The notes: generated from the sequence alone by a model not told the origin. A stretch of 8,940 nt of DNA from a virus (IMGVR_UViG_2700989521_000019), one strand, 5' to 3'. Shown: positions 1-6,575, numbered from the stretch's first letter. Numbers and translations are program-made.

Positions 1-1218
1 ATGAACAAACTGAGCGATACCTTGCTAAGGAAACTTCATGGTAAGCCAGCGGAGAAAAACACGTTTTATAGTGATGGCGGAAACCTGAGCGTGAAATATT
101 TAACATCAGGGAAATTGACCTGGTATTTCACATACAGGGCCGGAACGGGAAGGGAGACACGACCCGAACGCATTAAGCTGGGAAGTTATCCTGATCTGAG
201 CCTGAAATCAGCCAGGGAAAAAGCCGCCCAGTGTCGCGCATGGCTGGCAGAGGGGAAAAATCCACGTCATGAGCTTAATTACACCGTACAGGAAGCGTTA
301 AAGCCGGTAACGGTTGGCGATGCGCTCACCTACTGGCTTGAGTATTACGTAAAGGAAAACCGCGTGGATTATATCGCCCTGAAAAGGCGACTTAATAATC
401 ACGTAATACAGCAGATTGGTGCTATGCCGCTGGATAAATGCGAGCTACGGCACTGGCTGGCCTGTTTTGACCAGGTGGCAAAGCGAACGCCTGTTACTGC
501 CGGATTCGTGCTACAGGCGTGCAAACAGGCGCTTAAGTTCTGCCGTAGGCGGCGCTATGCAATCAGCAACGTTCTGGACGATCTGAACGTGGCGGACGTT
601 GGGAAAAAACCGGATATAAGCGAACGTGTCTTAAGTAACAAAGAACTTGGCGAATTATTGCAGGCACTGGACAAAAAAATATTCTCCCCTTACTACGTCG
701 CGTTAATCCGCCTCCTGATTGTCTTCGGAGCCAGAACGGTAGAACTGAGGTTATCGGAGATCGGGGAGTGGGATTTTACGGAAATGCTATGGACCGTTCC
801 GAAGGAGCACAGCAAAACGAAGGTCGCAATATTCCGGCCCATACCGGAAGCGATCCTGCCGTTCGTCACGCAGCTGGTGGAGCAGAACAGGCACACGGGC
901 TTATTGCTGGGGGAAGTGAAACAGGAGGCCAGCGTATCGCAGTATGGAAGATTAGCGCACAGGAGGCTTAATCATCCTCACTGGTCACTGCATGACATCC
1001 GGCGCACCTTTACAACCATGCTGAACGATTTAGGCGTTGATCCGCATGTCGTGGAGCAGCTTACAGGCCACCAGATGCCAGGAATGCAGCGAGTTTATAA
1101 TCATTCCCGTTATCTGGATGCTAAACGCAATGCGCTGGATATGTGGACGGAGCGGTTAGGGATACTGGCGGGAACACATGAAAACGTAACCACGCTACCA
1201 GTAGCCAGAAGAAAATAA
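1..1218 (+). CDS. int: Tyrosine recombinase / phage integrase, P4-like family (405 aa). Begins at window edge so the true start could lie upstream.
   Basis: N-terminal arm-binding-type region (LSDTLLRKLHGKP...FYSDGGNLSVKY...WYFTYR) typical of P4-family integrases; C-terminal catalytic signature with box I Arg (GARTVELR), HxxR (LHDIRRTF), GHQ and terminal Tyr (RVYNHSRY). Long uninterrupted ORF with the expected int-alpA neighbourhood. Confidence 0.9.
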   Translation: MNKLSDTLLRKLHGKPAEKNTFYSDGGNLSVKYLTSGKLTWYFTYRAGTGRETRPERIKLGSYPDLSLKSAREKAAQCRAWLAEGKNPRHELNYTVQEALKPVTVGDALTYWLEYYVKENRVDYIALKRRLNNHVIQQIGAMPLDKCELRHWLACFDQVAKRTPVTAGFVLQACKQALKFCRRRRYAISNVLDDLNVADVGKKPDISERVLSNKELGELLQALDKKIFSPYYVALIRLLIVFGARTVELRLSEIGEWDFTEMLWTVPKEHSKTKVAIFRPIPEAILPFVTQLVEQNRHTGLLLGEVKQEASVSQYGRLAHRRLNHPHWSLHDIRRTFTTMLNDLGVDPHVVEQLTGHQMPGMQRVYNHSRYLDAKRNALDMWTERLGILAGTHENVTTLPVARRK

Positions 1219-1235
1219 TTTTTTTCGTGTTTTTT

Positions 1236-1251
1236 CAGTATGCGCATACTG
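1236..1251. repeat. Perfect 16-bp palindrome CAGTATGCGCATACTG just downstream of the int stop; candidate protein-binding site
   Basis: Read directly: cagtatgc|gcatactg is its own reverse complement; preceded by a T-rich tract and followed by a partial repeat gtatatgcga. Confidence 0.5.
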
Positions 1252-1260
1252 TATATGCGA

Positions 1261-1310
1261 ACAGATACAACGTGCAACAATGAGCAACAATGTGGAACAA
1301 CCACGAACAA
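1261..1310. repeat. Five tandem 10-bp units each ending in (A)ACAA (acagatacaa cgtgcaacaa tgagcaacaa tgtggaacaa ccacgaacaa); helically phased repeat array
   Basis: Read directly; the 10-bp periodicity places AACAA on one face of the helix, consistent with phased binding sites or intrinsic bending, in the int-alpA intergenic region. Confidence 0.5.
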
Positions 1311-1584
1311 GAGGCGAAAAAGCATACAGATTTATAAGTGGCTGATTTTTAATGTGTCACTGGTTTTTTATACACTAGCGAATCACTCTTTAAAGAGCGA
1401 GAAAAAAGGCATGAAACAATATTTTATGCCTTTGTATTAACATGAATTTAAAATATTTTATTCTTACTGTTTCATTTTCTGTAAATCATACATCCTCAAT
1501 ATTTGCCATTCATCACTCTAGCGGGAACAATACGACACAATAAGACACCTGATGACTCTTTAAGAAACGAAAGGGGGGGCAATA

Positions 1585-1773
1585 GTGTTAAGCACTGATC
1601 GGTTTATACGTGAAAAAGAATGCGAAAAACTAACCGGCCTTAGCCGTACGTGTCGCTACCGCCTGGAAAAGGCCGGACAATTCCCATCACGTCGTAAACT
1701 TGGCGGTCGTTCCGTTGGCTGGTCTTTATCCGAGGTTCTGGCCTGGAAGGATAGCTGCAAGGCAGTTCATTAA
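1585..1773 (+). CDS. alpA: AlpA/Vis-family transcriptional regulator (prophage CP4-57-type regulatory protein / excisionase-like), 62 aa, GTG start
   Basis: Sequence FIREKECEKLTGLSRTCRYRLEKAGQFPSRRKLGGRSVGWSLSEVLAWKDS matches the AlpA-family pattern (LTGLSRxTIYRL...FPxPxKLGxRSVGWxxSEVxxW). Strong SD-like AAGGGGGGG 5 nt upstream of GTG 1585. Position immediately after int is typical. Confidence 0.8.
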   Translation: MLSTDRFIREKECEKLTGLSRTCRYRLEKAGQFPSRRKLGGRSVGWSLSEVLAWKDSCKAVH

Positions 1774-1919
1774 TCACGCTGGCGGCACGCAGCCGCCACA
1801 CATCAATCATCTGAACACAGAGCTATAACCATGAAGATTGAATATACGCCAGAACGTGGGCGGGGATTCGTTCGCCCTGGTGAAACTGAAAAACAACAAA
1901 ATTGGGGTTTTTCAGGTAT

Positions 1920-1948
1920 AAAAAAAGCGGCCCCGAAATGGAGCCGCC
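1920..1948 (-). terminator. Intrinsic terminator for the minus-strand unit (RHH-like gene and downstream)
   Basis: On the minus strand the RNA reads ggcggcuccauuucggggccgc followed by UUUUUUU: about 8-bp GC-rich stem (one G-U), 5-nt loop, 7-U tail. Confidence 0.5.
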
Positions 1949-2273
1949 TTTCTGAACAGATAACCCGCTGCGCCGTTTGTGTGTGTGATCCCAAACATAA
2001 GCACGGGGATGATAGCCGCTATCAGGCTGGTGGGCAATGCAATCAGTCTGGTTCAGTTCGTTGCCATACCTGCAATGAGCGCTTTTCCCTGTACTCTTTA
2101 AGGAATTGCTCAAGGGCAAAAGCACATGGTGCGAATCTTTCTGATTCATGCTCTATCTTTCTGCGCCGTCTTTTCCGTGCCGGTGATAATGTTTTGGTCA
2201 ATTCTTTATCGGTCATTGTGTTGTCCTGCATAGCAATGCGCCGTAATACCTCACACCACGGCGCTGATAGTGA

Positions 2274-2453
2274 TTATTCTGATTCTTTGGCCTTGCGGCG
2301 CTGGCGGCGTTTGATCTCGCCTTCAAGTGCCGAAACGATAAATTGCCCTGTACTTTCGCCATCTTCCTTTAAATTTTCTACAGCATCAGCTATTGCGTGT
2401 GGTACTCGAGCCTCAAGCTTTTTGGATTTTGCATTAACTGCTTTTGTTGCCAT
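2274..2453 (-). CDS. Small ribbon-helix-helix-like DNA-binding protein (59 aa), candidate repressor of the divergent promoter region
   Basis: Chosen start is the internal ATG (MATKAVNAKSKKLEARVPHAIADAVENLKEDGESTGQFIVSALEGEIKRRQRRKAKESE) with GAGGAA SD 7 nt upstream; the longer 106-aa ORF upstream part is hydrophobic low-quality sequence. Pattern beta-strand (KLEARVP), helix (HAIADAVENL), helix (STGQFIVSALE) resembles CopG/Arc RHH fold; basic C-terminal tail. Family assignment is from pattern only. Confidence 0.55.
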   Translation of the reverse strand: MATKAVNAKSKKLEARVPHAIADAVENLKEDGESTGQFIVSALEGEIKRRQRRKAKESE

Positions 2454-2474
2454 ATCTGATTTCCTCGTTATTAG

Positions 2475-2554
2475 GTGGCTGACAGTATACACACAAGAAA
2501 ACGGAAAAACACTATTGACGTGGCTGACACCCGTTACTAATATAGTGGCTGACA
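2475..2554. promoter_or_regulatory. Divergent promoter/operator region: three direct repeats GTGGCTGACA (2475-2484, 2520-2529, 2545-2554) overlapping a sigma70-like plus-strand promoter (-35 TTGACG 2515-2520, 17-nt spacer, -10 TAATAT 2538-2543)
   Basis: Read directly. Repeat 2 abuts the -35 and repeat 3 abuts the -10/TSS of the rightward promoter; repeat 1 lies in the leader/promoter zone of the leftward RHH-like gene. Promoter hexamers are by consensus matching only. Confidence 0.5.
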
Positions 2555-2647
2555 CCTTTATCAAGGTAATCGATGAAAAGACAAAGCCCCGCAAGTGTCG
2601 TTACCACTCGCAGGGCTTCTAACCAACAACGTAAACTAGGAGCCGTT

Positions 2648-2845
2648 ATGGTTGCTGTAAATCATATACCACACCTTGTACACACACAAACGGCCTTTGT
2701 GTGGCGTTTTCTGGCACTGAGTGCCGGAGAATCTCAAATCATCCACGTAACCGCCTGGACGGAACGCGAAGCGCGTAACCGTTGCCCGTCCGGTTGTGTT
2801 GCTGTATTTGCCGCCCGTATTCGTCAGGAGGTGCGCCATGATTAA
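2648..2845 (+). CDS. Small protein (65 aa), first gene of rightward operon; possibly Icd-like (cell-division-inhibitor-like) family, assignment uncertain
   Basis: ATG 2648 with TAGGAG SD 7 nt upstream; MVAVNHIPHLVHTQTAFVWRFLALSAGESQIIHVTAWTEREARNRCPSGCVAVFAARIRQEVRHD. The FVWRFLAL motif recalls small Icd-like proteins annotated in P4-like elements; from memory, not verified. Confidence 0.5.
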   Translation: MVAVNHIPHLVHTQTAFVWRFLALSAGESQIIHVTAWTEREARNRCPSGCVAVFAARIRQEVRHD

Positions 2846-3050
2846 TCTGTCACTTACTGACCTTAACCGCATTCAGTTTCGTGAGAAATTCACAGGGCAG
2901 CTACTGGTCAATGTGGATAAAGGTCGCGTGGTGTGTAATTACCACTTACCAGATGAAGCAATTGTCGCCACAAGGGAATCATTACAGGAAATCACAAAAC
3001 GTGCCGGAATGATTAACACGAATATTCAGGGGATGCTTTATGCACAATAA
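2838..3050 (+). CDS. Hypothetical protein (70 aa)
   Basis: ATG 2838 overlaps the stop of the upstream gene (translational coupling); AGGAGG SD 6 nt upstream. MINLSLTDLNRIQFREKF... No recognised family. Confidence 0.55.
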   Translation: MINLSLTDLNRIQFREKFTGQLLVNVDKGRVVCNYHLPDEAIVATRESLQEITKRAGMINTNIQGMLYAQ

Positions 3051-3279
3051 AACCACACCGGACGCAGCCGCCGAAGCCATCAAAACGCTGATGCACGCGC
3101 TGATTGATATTTCTGTTATCGCGGACAGGGCACATAAGCACGCCACCAGCGAAACAGAATATGCCGGTGCTTTCGTTCCTCACTCACTGGCTGTCATGCA
3201 ATTTAGTGCTGATACGGCGCTGAATGAGGCCAAAGCTATCCTGATTGCTGATTGTGAAAATGGGGGGGGTTATGCGTGA
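3040..3279 (+). CDS. Hypothetical protein (79 aa)
   Basis: ATG 3040 overlaps upstream stop (3048-3050); CAGGGG SD upstream. MHNKTTPDAAAEAIKTLMHALIDISVIADRAH... No recognised family. Confidence 0.5.
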   Translation: MHNKTTPDAAAEAIKTLMHALIDISVIADRAHKHATSETEYAGAFVPHSLAVMQFSADTALNEAKAILIADCENGGGYA

Positions 3280-3505
3280 TGATCGTTTTAATTCCCTGAA
3301 ACAGGAATTTTCCGGCGTTCCTGATGATGCGGCTGATGCGCTTTCGTCAATGCCAGAACTTATTAGAGCGGCTTTTTTCTTACTTTCCACGAGAGAATAT
3401 AAATCAACGGGGCTTGATGTACTGAATATCGCCGCCGATTATGCGGAATATGTGGCAGAGGCGCGTTATAGAAGAAAATTTCCTGAGGATGTAAGCCATG
3501 CGTGA
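3272..3505 (+). CDS. Hypothetical protein (77 aa)
   Basis: ATG 3272 preceded by a GGGGGGGG run (3262-3269); overlaps the previous gene by 8 nt. MRDDRFNSLKQEFSGVPDDAADALSSMPELIRAAFFLL... Start chosen by RBS; the ORF track start at 3245 is an alternative. Confidence 0.5.
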   Translation: MRDDRFNSLKQEFSGVPDDAADALSSMPELIRAAFFLLSTREYKSTGLDVLNIAADYAEYVAEARYRRKFPEDVSHA

Positions 3506-3731
3506 TATTTACCACCAAACAATAGACCGCGCATTTCTTGCACTTTCTCACAGTGAAAACATGATGGAAATATTGCGCATATGGCTTGAAACACTTGGCG
3601 ACAATGAACGCGACAAACAAAAATCAAGAATTGCCACAGCATTAATAACGCTTCTTGAGCCTGTAATAATGGAACTGCAAGAAATAGATCTATTGCACGA
3701 CAGATATAAAGAACAGCACACCGGAGAATAA
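3498..3731 (+). CDS. Hypothetical helical protein (77 aa)
   Basis: ATG 3498 overlaps the upstream stop; GAGG upstream. MRDIYHQTIDRAFLALSHSENMMEILRIWLETLGDNERDKQ... No recognised family. Confidence 0.5.
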   Translation: MRDIYHQTIDRAFLALSHSENMMEILRIWLETLGDNERDKQKSRIATALITLLEPVIMELQEIDLLHDRYKEQHTGE

Positions 3732-3736
3732 AAATA

Positions 3737-4036
3737 ATGAAACTTAAATATTCTGGCTTAACTGCCAGTGGCAACACTCACCCTAAATTTACGCGCGGTG
3801 ATATTTACCGCGACCAGTACGGCGGCACGGTAATGATTAAGGACGTGGAAGAACGGCGCGTAACCTACCGCCGTGAAGGTTACGAATATGATTGCGTGAT
3901 GCCTGTTTATCAGTTCCGGCGTGATTTTTCTCTGGTACAGACCGCGCCGCATAACGTGCCCACCAGCAACGCCAGGGCACGGGCAAACATCCAGAAGCTG
4001 AAAACCATGGTTAACGGATTCAGGGGCAAGAAATGA
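3737..4036 (+). CDS. Hypothetical protein (99 aa)
   Basis: ATG 3737 with GGAGAA SD; the stop overlaps the start of the ATPase gene (ATGA-type overlap at 4033-4036). MKLKYSGLTASGNTHPKFTRGDIYRDQYGG... No recognised family. Confidence 0.55.
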   Translation: MKLKYSGLTASGNTHPKFTRGDIYRDQYGGTVMIKDVEERRVTYRREGYEYDCVMPVYQFRRDFSLVQTAPHNVPTSNARARANIQKLKTMVNGFRGKK

Positions 4037-5433
4037 AAAGCGCACCGAACTTAAAAAAACAGCCTTACGACAAGATGACCGAAGTCATTATTTTTGCGGG
4101 TAGTGATGCCTGGGCACATGCGAAACAGTGGCAGGAACAGGACGGGCGACTGGCTGGCGATAATGTGCCTCCCGTTGTGCTGGCTGATGATCAACTGGAT
4201 GAACTGGCAGACCTGAGAATCATCGACGAGGGGCGCTATTGTGTCCGGCTGTACAAGGCAGGCCACATCAGGCCATCAAATATTAATGCCATTGCGCACA
4301 AGCTGGCGGCGGCGGGTGTAACTGATGCGAATTATTACCCCGAAGGGATGCACAGCCATATGCGGGAGAACTGGCGCGAATACCTGGAACGGGTGCGCGG
4401 GAAAGAGCCGGCGGAAGAAAAAAACCACCAGCGAAAAACCACGCTACCGATGAGCGTTGGATCTACCGGATACGACACGCAACTGGATTACGTGGTTAAG
4501 GGGATTATTCCGGCGGTATCGCTATGCAGCATATACGGGGCTAGCGGGTCCTATAAATCATTCCTTGCCGGATCGTGGGCGTGCCATGTTGCCACTGGTC
4601 GCCAGTGGGGAGGCCGCAGGGTTGCACATGGTGCGGTTCTCTATGTGGTTGGTGAAGGCGGTATAGGTGTTCCGCGTCGTGTAAAAGCCTGGGAGGTTGT
4701 GCACGATGAGCAGGTGAAAAATCTGTATCTGGTAAACCGCCCCATCTTTCCGGCTGCCCCGCTTGATGTTGATGAAATGGTTATCGCTGCCCGTCAGGTG
4801 GAGCGGGAAACGGGTAAACCTGTACGCATGATTATTCTGGATACGCTGGCGCGTTGCTTTGGTGGGAATGATGAAAATGATTCCCGTGATATGGGGGCGT
4901 TTATCCGTGGTTGTGACGAACTGAAACGACGCACAGGGGCCACGGTGCTGGTGGTTCACCATTCCGGCAAGGATGAGACGAAAGGCGCGCGCGGTTCCAG
5001 TGCATTTCGTGCTTCGCTGGATGCTGAATACCGGATACGCAGGGAGGACGCAGGAAGCGAAGCGCTGGTTATCTCATGCACCAAAATGAAGGACGCGGAG
5101 GAACTCAAAGAAGCCGCATATGACTTACGCGTGGTGGAGCTTTTTACCGACGCTGACGGTGAATTAATCACGTCGCTGGTGGTGGTGGATGATCCGCGCC
5201 CTCCTGTTGAACTGGAGCGCATCGAGGAGGCAGGGAACAAGACGGAAAACCATACCGCGCTATGGGGGTGCATCCGTTCACGCACACAGAACGGCGACAA
5301 GTGCACGATCCCGCTGTTACGTGATGACATGAAAAAGCTGGGGTATGAAATGAAAAACTTCCGGCGCTGGCTGTACAAGCTGGAAAAAGATGGGGTTATT
5401 CGTATCGATGGGGATGATGTAGCGCCGCTATAA
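4033..5433 (+). CDS. RecA-fold / AAA-type ATPase, RepA- or DnaB-like replicative helicase-initiator of the element (466 aa); no recognisable primase domain
   Basis: Walker A-like GASGSYKSF (YGASGSYKSFLAGSW), Walker B-like hydrophobic strand plus acidic residue (VRMIILDTLARCFGGNDEND), downstream VLVVHHSGKDETKGARGSSAF resembling DnaB/RepA-type motifs. About 160-aa N-terminal domain of unassigned function. Long ORF with AGGGG SD. Confidence 0.85.
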   Translation: MKSAPNLKKQPYDKMTEVIIFAGSDAWAHAKQWQEQDGRLAGDNVPPVVLADDQLDELADLRIIDEGRYCVRLYKAGHIRPSNINAIAHKLAAAGVTDANYYPEGMHSHMRENWREYLERVRGKEPAEEKNHQRKTTLPMSVGSTGYDTQLDYVVKGIIPAVSLCSIYGASGSYKSFLAGSWACHVATGRQWGGRRVAHGAVLYVVGEGGIGVPRRVKAWEVVHDEQVKNLYLVNRPIFPAAPLDVDEMVIAARQVERETGKPVRMIILDTLARCFGGNDENDSRDMGAFIRGCDELKRRTGATVLVVHHSGKDETKGARGSSAFRASLDAEYRIRREDAGSEALVISCTKMKDAEELKEAAYDLRVVELFTDADGELITSLVVVDDPRPPVELERIEEAGNKTENHTALWGCIRSRTQNGDKCTIPLLRDDMKKLGYEMKNFRRWLYKLEKDGVIRIDGDDVAPL

Positions 5434-5622
5434 AAGTGAGGAGCAAAAGCGAGGGGGATAGAAAGAGGGCCAAAATTAGCCCGCTCTCCCTCACTTTTCG
5501 ACCTGTATACATCCTCAAAAGTGAGGGGTAAAAAAATACTTATGAAACACACACATAGAAAAACCGAAAATCCCAACTGCGACGAAGTGAGACGCTTGAA
5601 AAAGTGAGGCGAAAAAGTGAGA
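5433..5622. repeat. Iteron-like cluster: six copies of core AAGTGAG (consensus AAAGTGAGG) at 5433-5441, 5489-5497 (inverted), 5518-5526, 5585-5593, 5601-5609, 5614-5622, plus degenerate copies (AAAGCGAGG 5446-5454); candidate ori or operator array
   Basis: Read directly in the 200-bp intergenic region between the replicative ATPase gene and the ssb-containing operon. Confidence 0.55.
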
Positions 5623-5633
5623 GGTTGCGAGAA

Positions 5634-5885
5634 ATGACCCAAAAACGCAGAGACAGAACAGAGCCAAAATATAAAGCGTTAGACATGACTGAGCACACCT
5701 TAAAGGTGGCAATCAGAACGATAGACCGCCACACGCGGGAAGGATACGCGAAGGAACATCCCGACCTGATAAGCGCATTCATGACCACGGTGGCGGCAAA
5801 CTTTGCCACGCTGACAGAACGGGAGATTGCCGAAGCGGAACAGGTAACAACCATCAACGTTAAAACCGGAGAGGTGGAATTATGA
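5634..5885 (+). CDS. Hypothetical protein (83 aa); start ambiguous (GTG 5604, ATG 5634 or ATG 5685)
   Basis: ORF in frame with plausible GAGAGG SD before ATG 5634; stop overlaps the ssb-like start. MTQKRRDRTEPKYKALDMTEHTLKVAIRTIDRHTREGYAKEHPDLISAF... No recognised family. Confidence 0.45.
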   Translation: MTQKRRDRTEPKYKALDMTEHTLKVAIRTIDRHTREGYAKEHPDLISAFMTTVAANFATLTEREIAEAEQVTTINVKTGEVEL

Positions 5886-6292
5886 CGGCACAGATAGCCG
5901 CTTACGGGCGGCTGGTGGACGACCCGCAGGTAAAACAGACCAGCAAGGGCACACCGATGACGCTGGCGCGTATGGCGGTATCTTTGCCATGCAGCCAGGC
6001 ACAGGACGGACAGGCGACGTTATGGTTATCGGTCATCGCATTTGGCAAACAGGCCGACTTCCTGGCTAAACATCAAAAAGGCGATGTTGCCAGCGTATCC
6101 GGCACGATGCAGGTAAGCCAGTGGACCGGACAGAACGGAGAAACGCGGCAGGGCTGGCAGGTTATCGCAGACAGCGTAATCAGTGCCCGCGCGGCACGTC
6201 CAGGCGGGAACAGACGCAAAACCACAGGCACACAGGGTAATCAGCCACCAGCGGGAGGCGATGACCCTTACGGTGATGATATTTCGTTCTGA
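5882..6292 (+). CDS. ssb: Single-stranded DNA-binding protein-like (SSB family), 136 aa, element-encoded
   Basis: N-terminal OB-fold-like pattern (IAAYGRLVDDPQVKQTSKGTPMTLARMAVSL...WLSVIAFGKQADFLAKHQKGDVASVSGTMQVSQWTGQNGETRQ), Gly/Gln/Pro-rich linker and acidic C-terminal tail DDPYGDDISF resembling the SSB tail DDDIPF. GGAG SD; start overlaps upstream stop. Confidence 0.7.
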   Translation: MTAQIAAYGRLVDDPQVKQTSKGTPMTLARMAVSLPCSQAQDGQATLWLSVIAFGKQADFLAKHQKGDVASVSGTMQVSQWTGQNGETRQGWQVIADSVISARAARPGGNRRKTTGTQGNQPPAGGDDPYGDDISF

Positions 6293-6302
6293 GGGGGTGA
6301 CG

Positions 6303-6575
6303 ATGGTACATGACCGCATAGCGGAGGAACTGGAGGCGAAAGGCTTTTACCGGAGGGCGGCGGCGCGATGGGGTGAAGTCATGCAGCTGGTGGAGACAGG
6401 CAAGGAACGGCATCACATCACGATGCGACGGCTGGAATGTTCAAGGAAGGCACAGAGGGCACCGGAGCCGCCGGATAATTTCGGAGACCTGAAAAAGGCA
6501 GTCGATCGCACTTATGCCGAAATGGGTATAGATGGTGCTGGTGATGAAATATGGCGCAATTACCAGGACAGCTAA
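6303..6575 (+). CDS. PerC-family transcriptional regulator-like protein (90 aa)
   Basis: Start ATG 6303 with GAGGGGG SD 5 nt upstream (the longer ORF from 6183 overlaps ssb and lacks an RBS). N-terminus AEELEAKGFYRRAAARWGEVM matches the conserved PerC motif (EEKGLWRRAAxRW) as remembered. Confidence 0.65.
   Translation: MVHDRIAEELEAKGFYRRAAARWGEVMQLVETGKERHHITMRRLECSRKAQRAPEPPDNFGDLKKAVDRTYAEMGIDGAGDEIWRNYQDS

Noticed and set aside
1240-1440. 66-aa plus-strand ORF in the int-alpA intergenic region
   Set aside because: AT-rich region dominated by repeats and palindromes, no SD; composition (Thr/Asn/Cys runs) not protein-like.
1571-1579. G7 and G8 homopolymer runs (1573-1579, 3262-3269) as possible slipped-strand or frameshift switches
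   Set aside because: Both sit 5-10 nt upstream of start codons where they act as purine-rich Shine-Dalgarno elements; no evidence of disrupted reading frames around them.
1823-2149. 108-aa minus-strand ORF
   Set aside because: Reads straight through the predicted minus-strand terminator at 1920-1948 and has poor composition; likely not expressed as such.
2274-2453. Toxin-antitoxin pair formed by the RHH-like gene and a partner
   Set aside because: No RelE/ParE/MazF-sized toxin-like ORF is adjacent on the same strand; only a 57-aa basic peptide of doubtful reality. Divergent-repressor interpretation fits better.
1831-2622. 263-aa plus-strand ORF spanning the alpA-to-switch region
   Set aside because: It runs antisense across the RHH-like gene and through the minus-strand terminator, has Cys/Ser/Arg-rich low-complexity composition typical of off-frame translation, and has no convincing RBS. 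Judged spurious.
4033-5433. P4 alpha-type bifunctional primase-helicase
   Set aside because: The protein is 466 aa with an N-terminal region too short for a primase domain, and no zinc-binding or TOPRIM-like motif was evident by eye; called a helicase/initiator-type ATPase only.
4956-5642. 228-aa minus-strand ORF
   Set aside because: Antisense to the 3-prime half of the ATPase gene and the iteron region; Ser-rich, low-complexity; no RBS. Judged a shadow ORF.
6183-6302. N-terminal extension of the PerC-like ORF (start at 6183)
   Set aside because: Would overlap the ssb-like gene by 110 nt in another frame and lacks an RBS; the ATG at 6303 has a strong GAGGGGG SD and begins the conserved PerC-like motif.
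5540-6416. Several minus-strand ORFs (5540-5857, 6026-6319, 6180-6416) and minor plus-strand ORFs overlapping called genes
   Set aside because: All overlap better-supported plus-strand genes (small ORF, ssb-like, perC-like) in antisense and lack RBS; treated as shadow ORFs.
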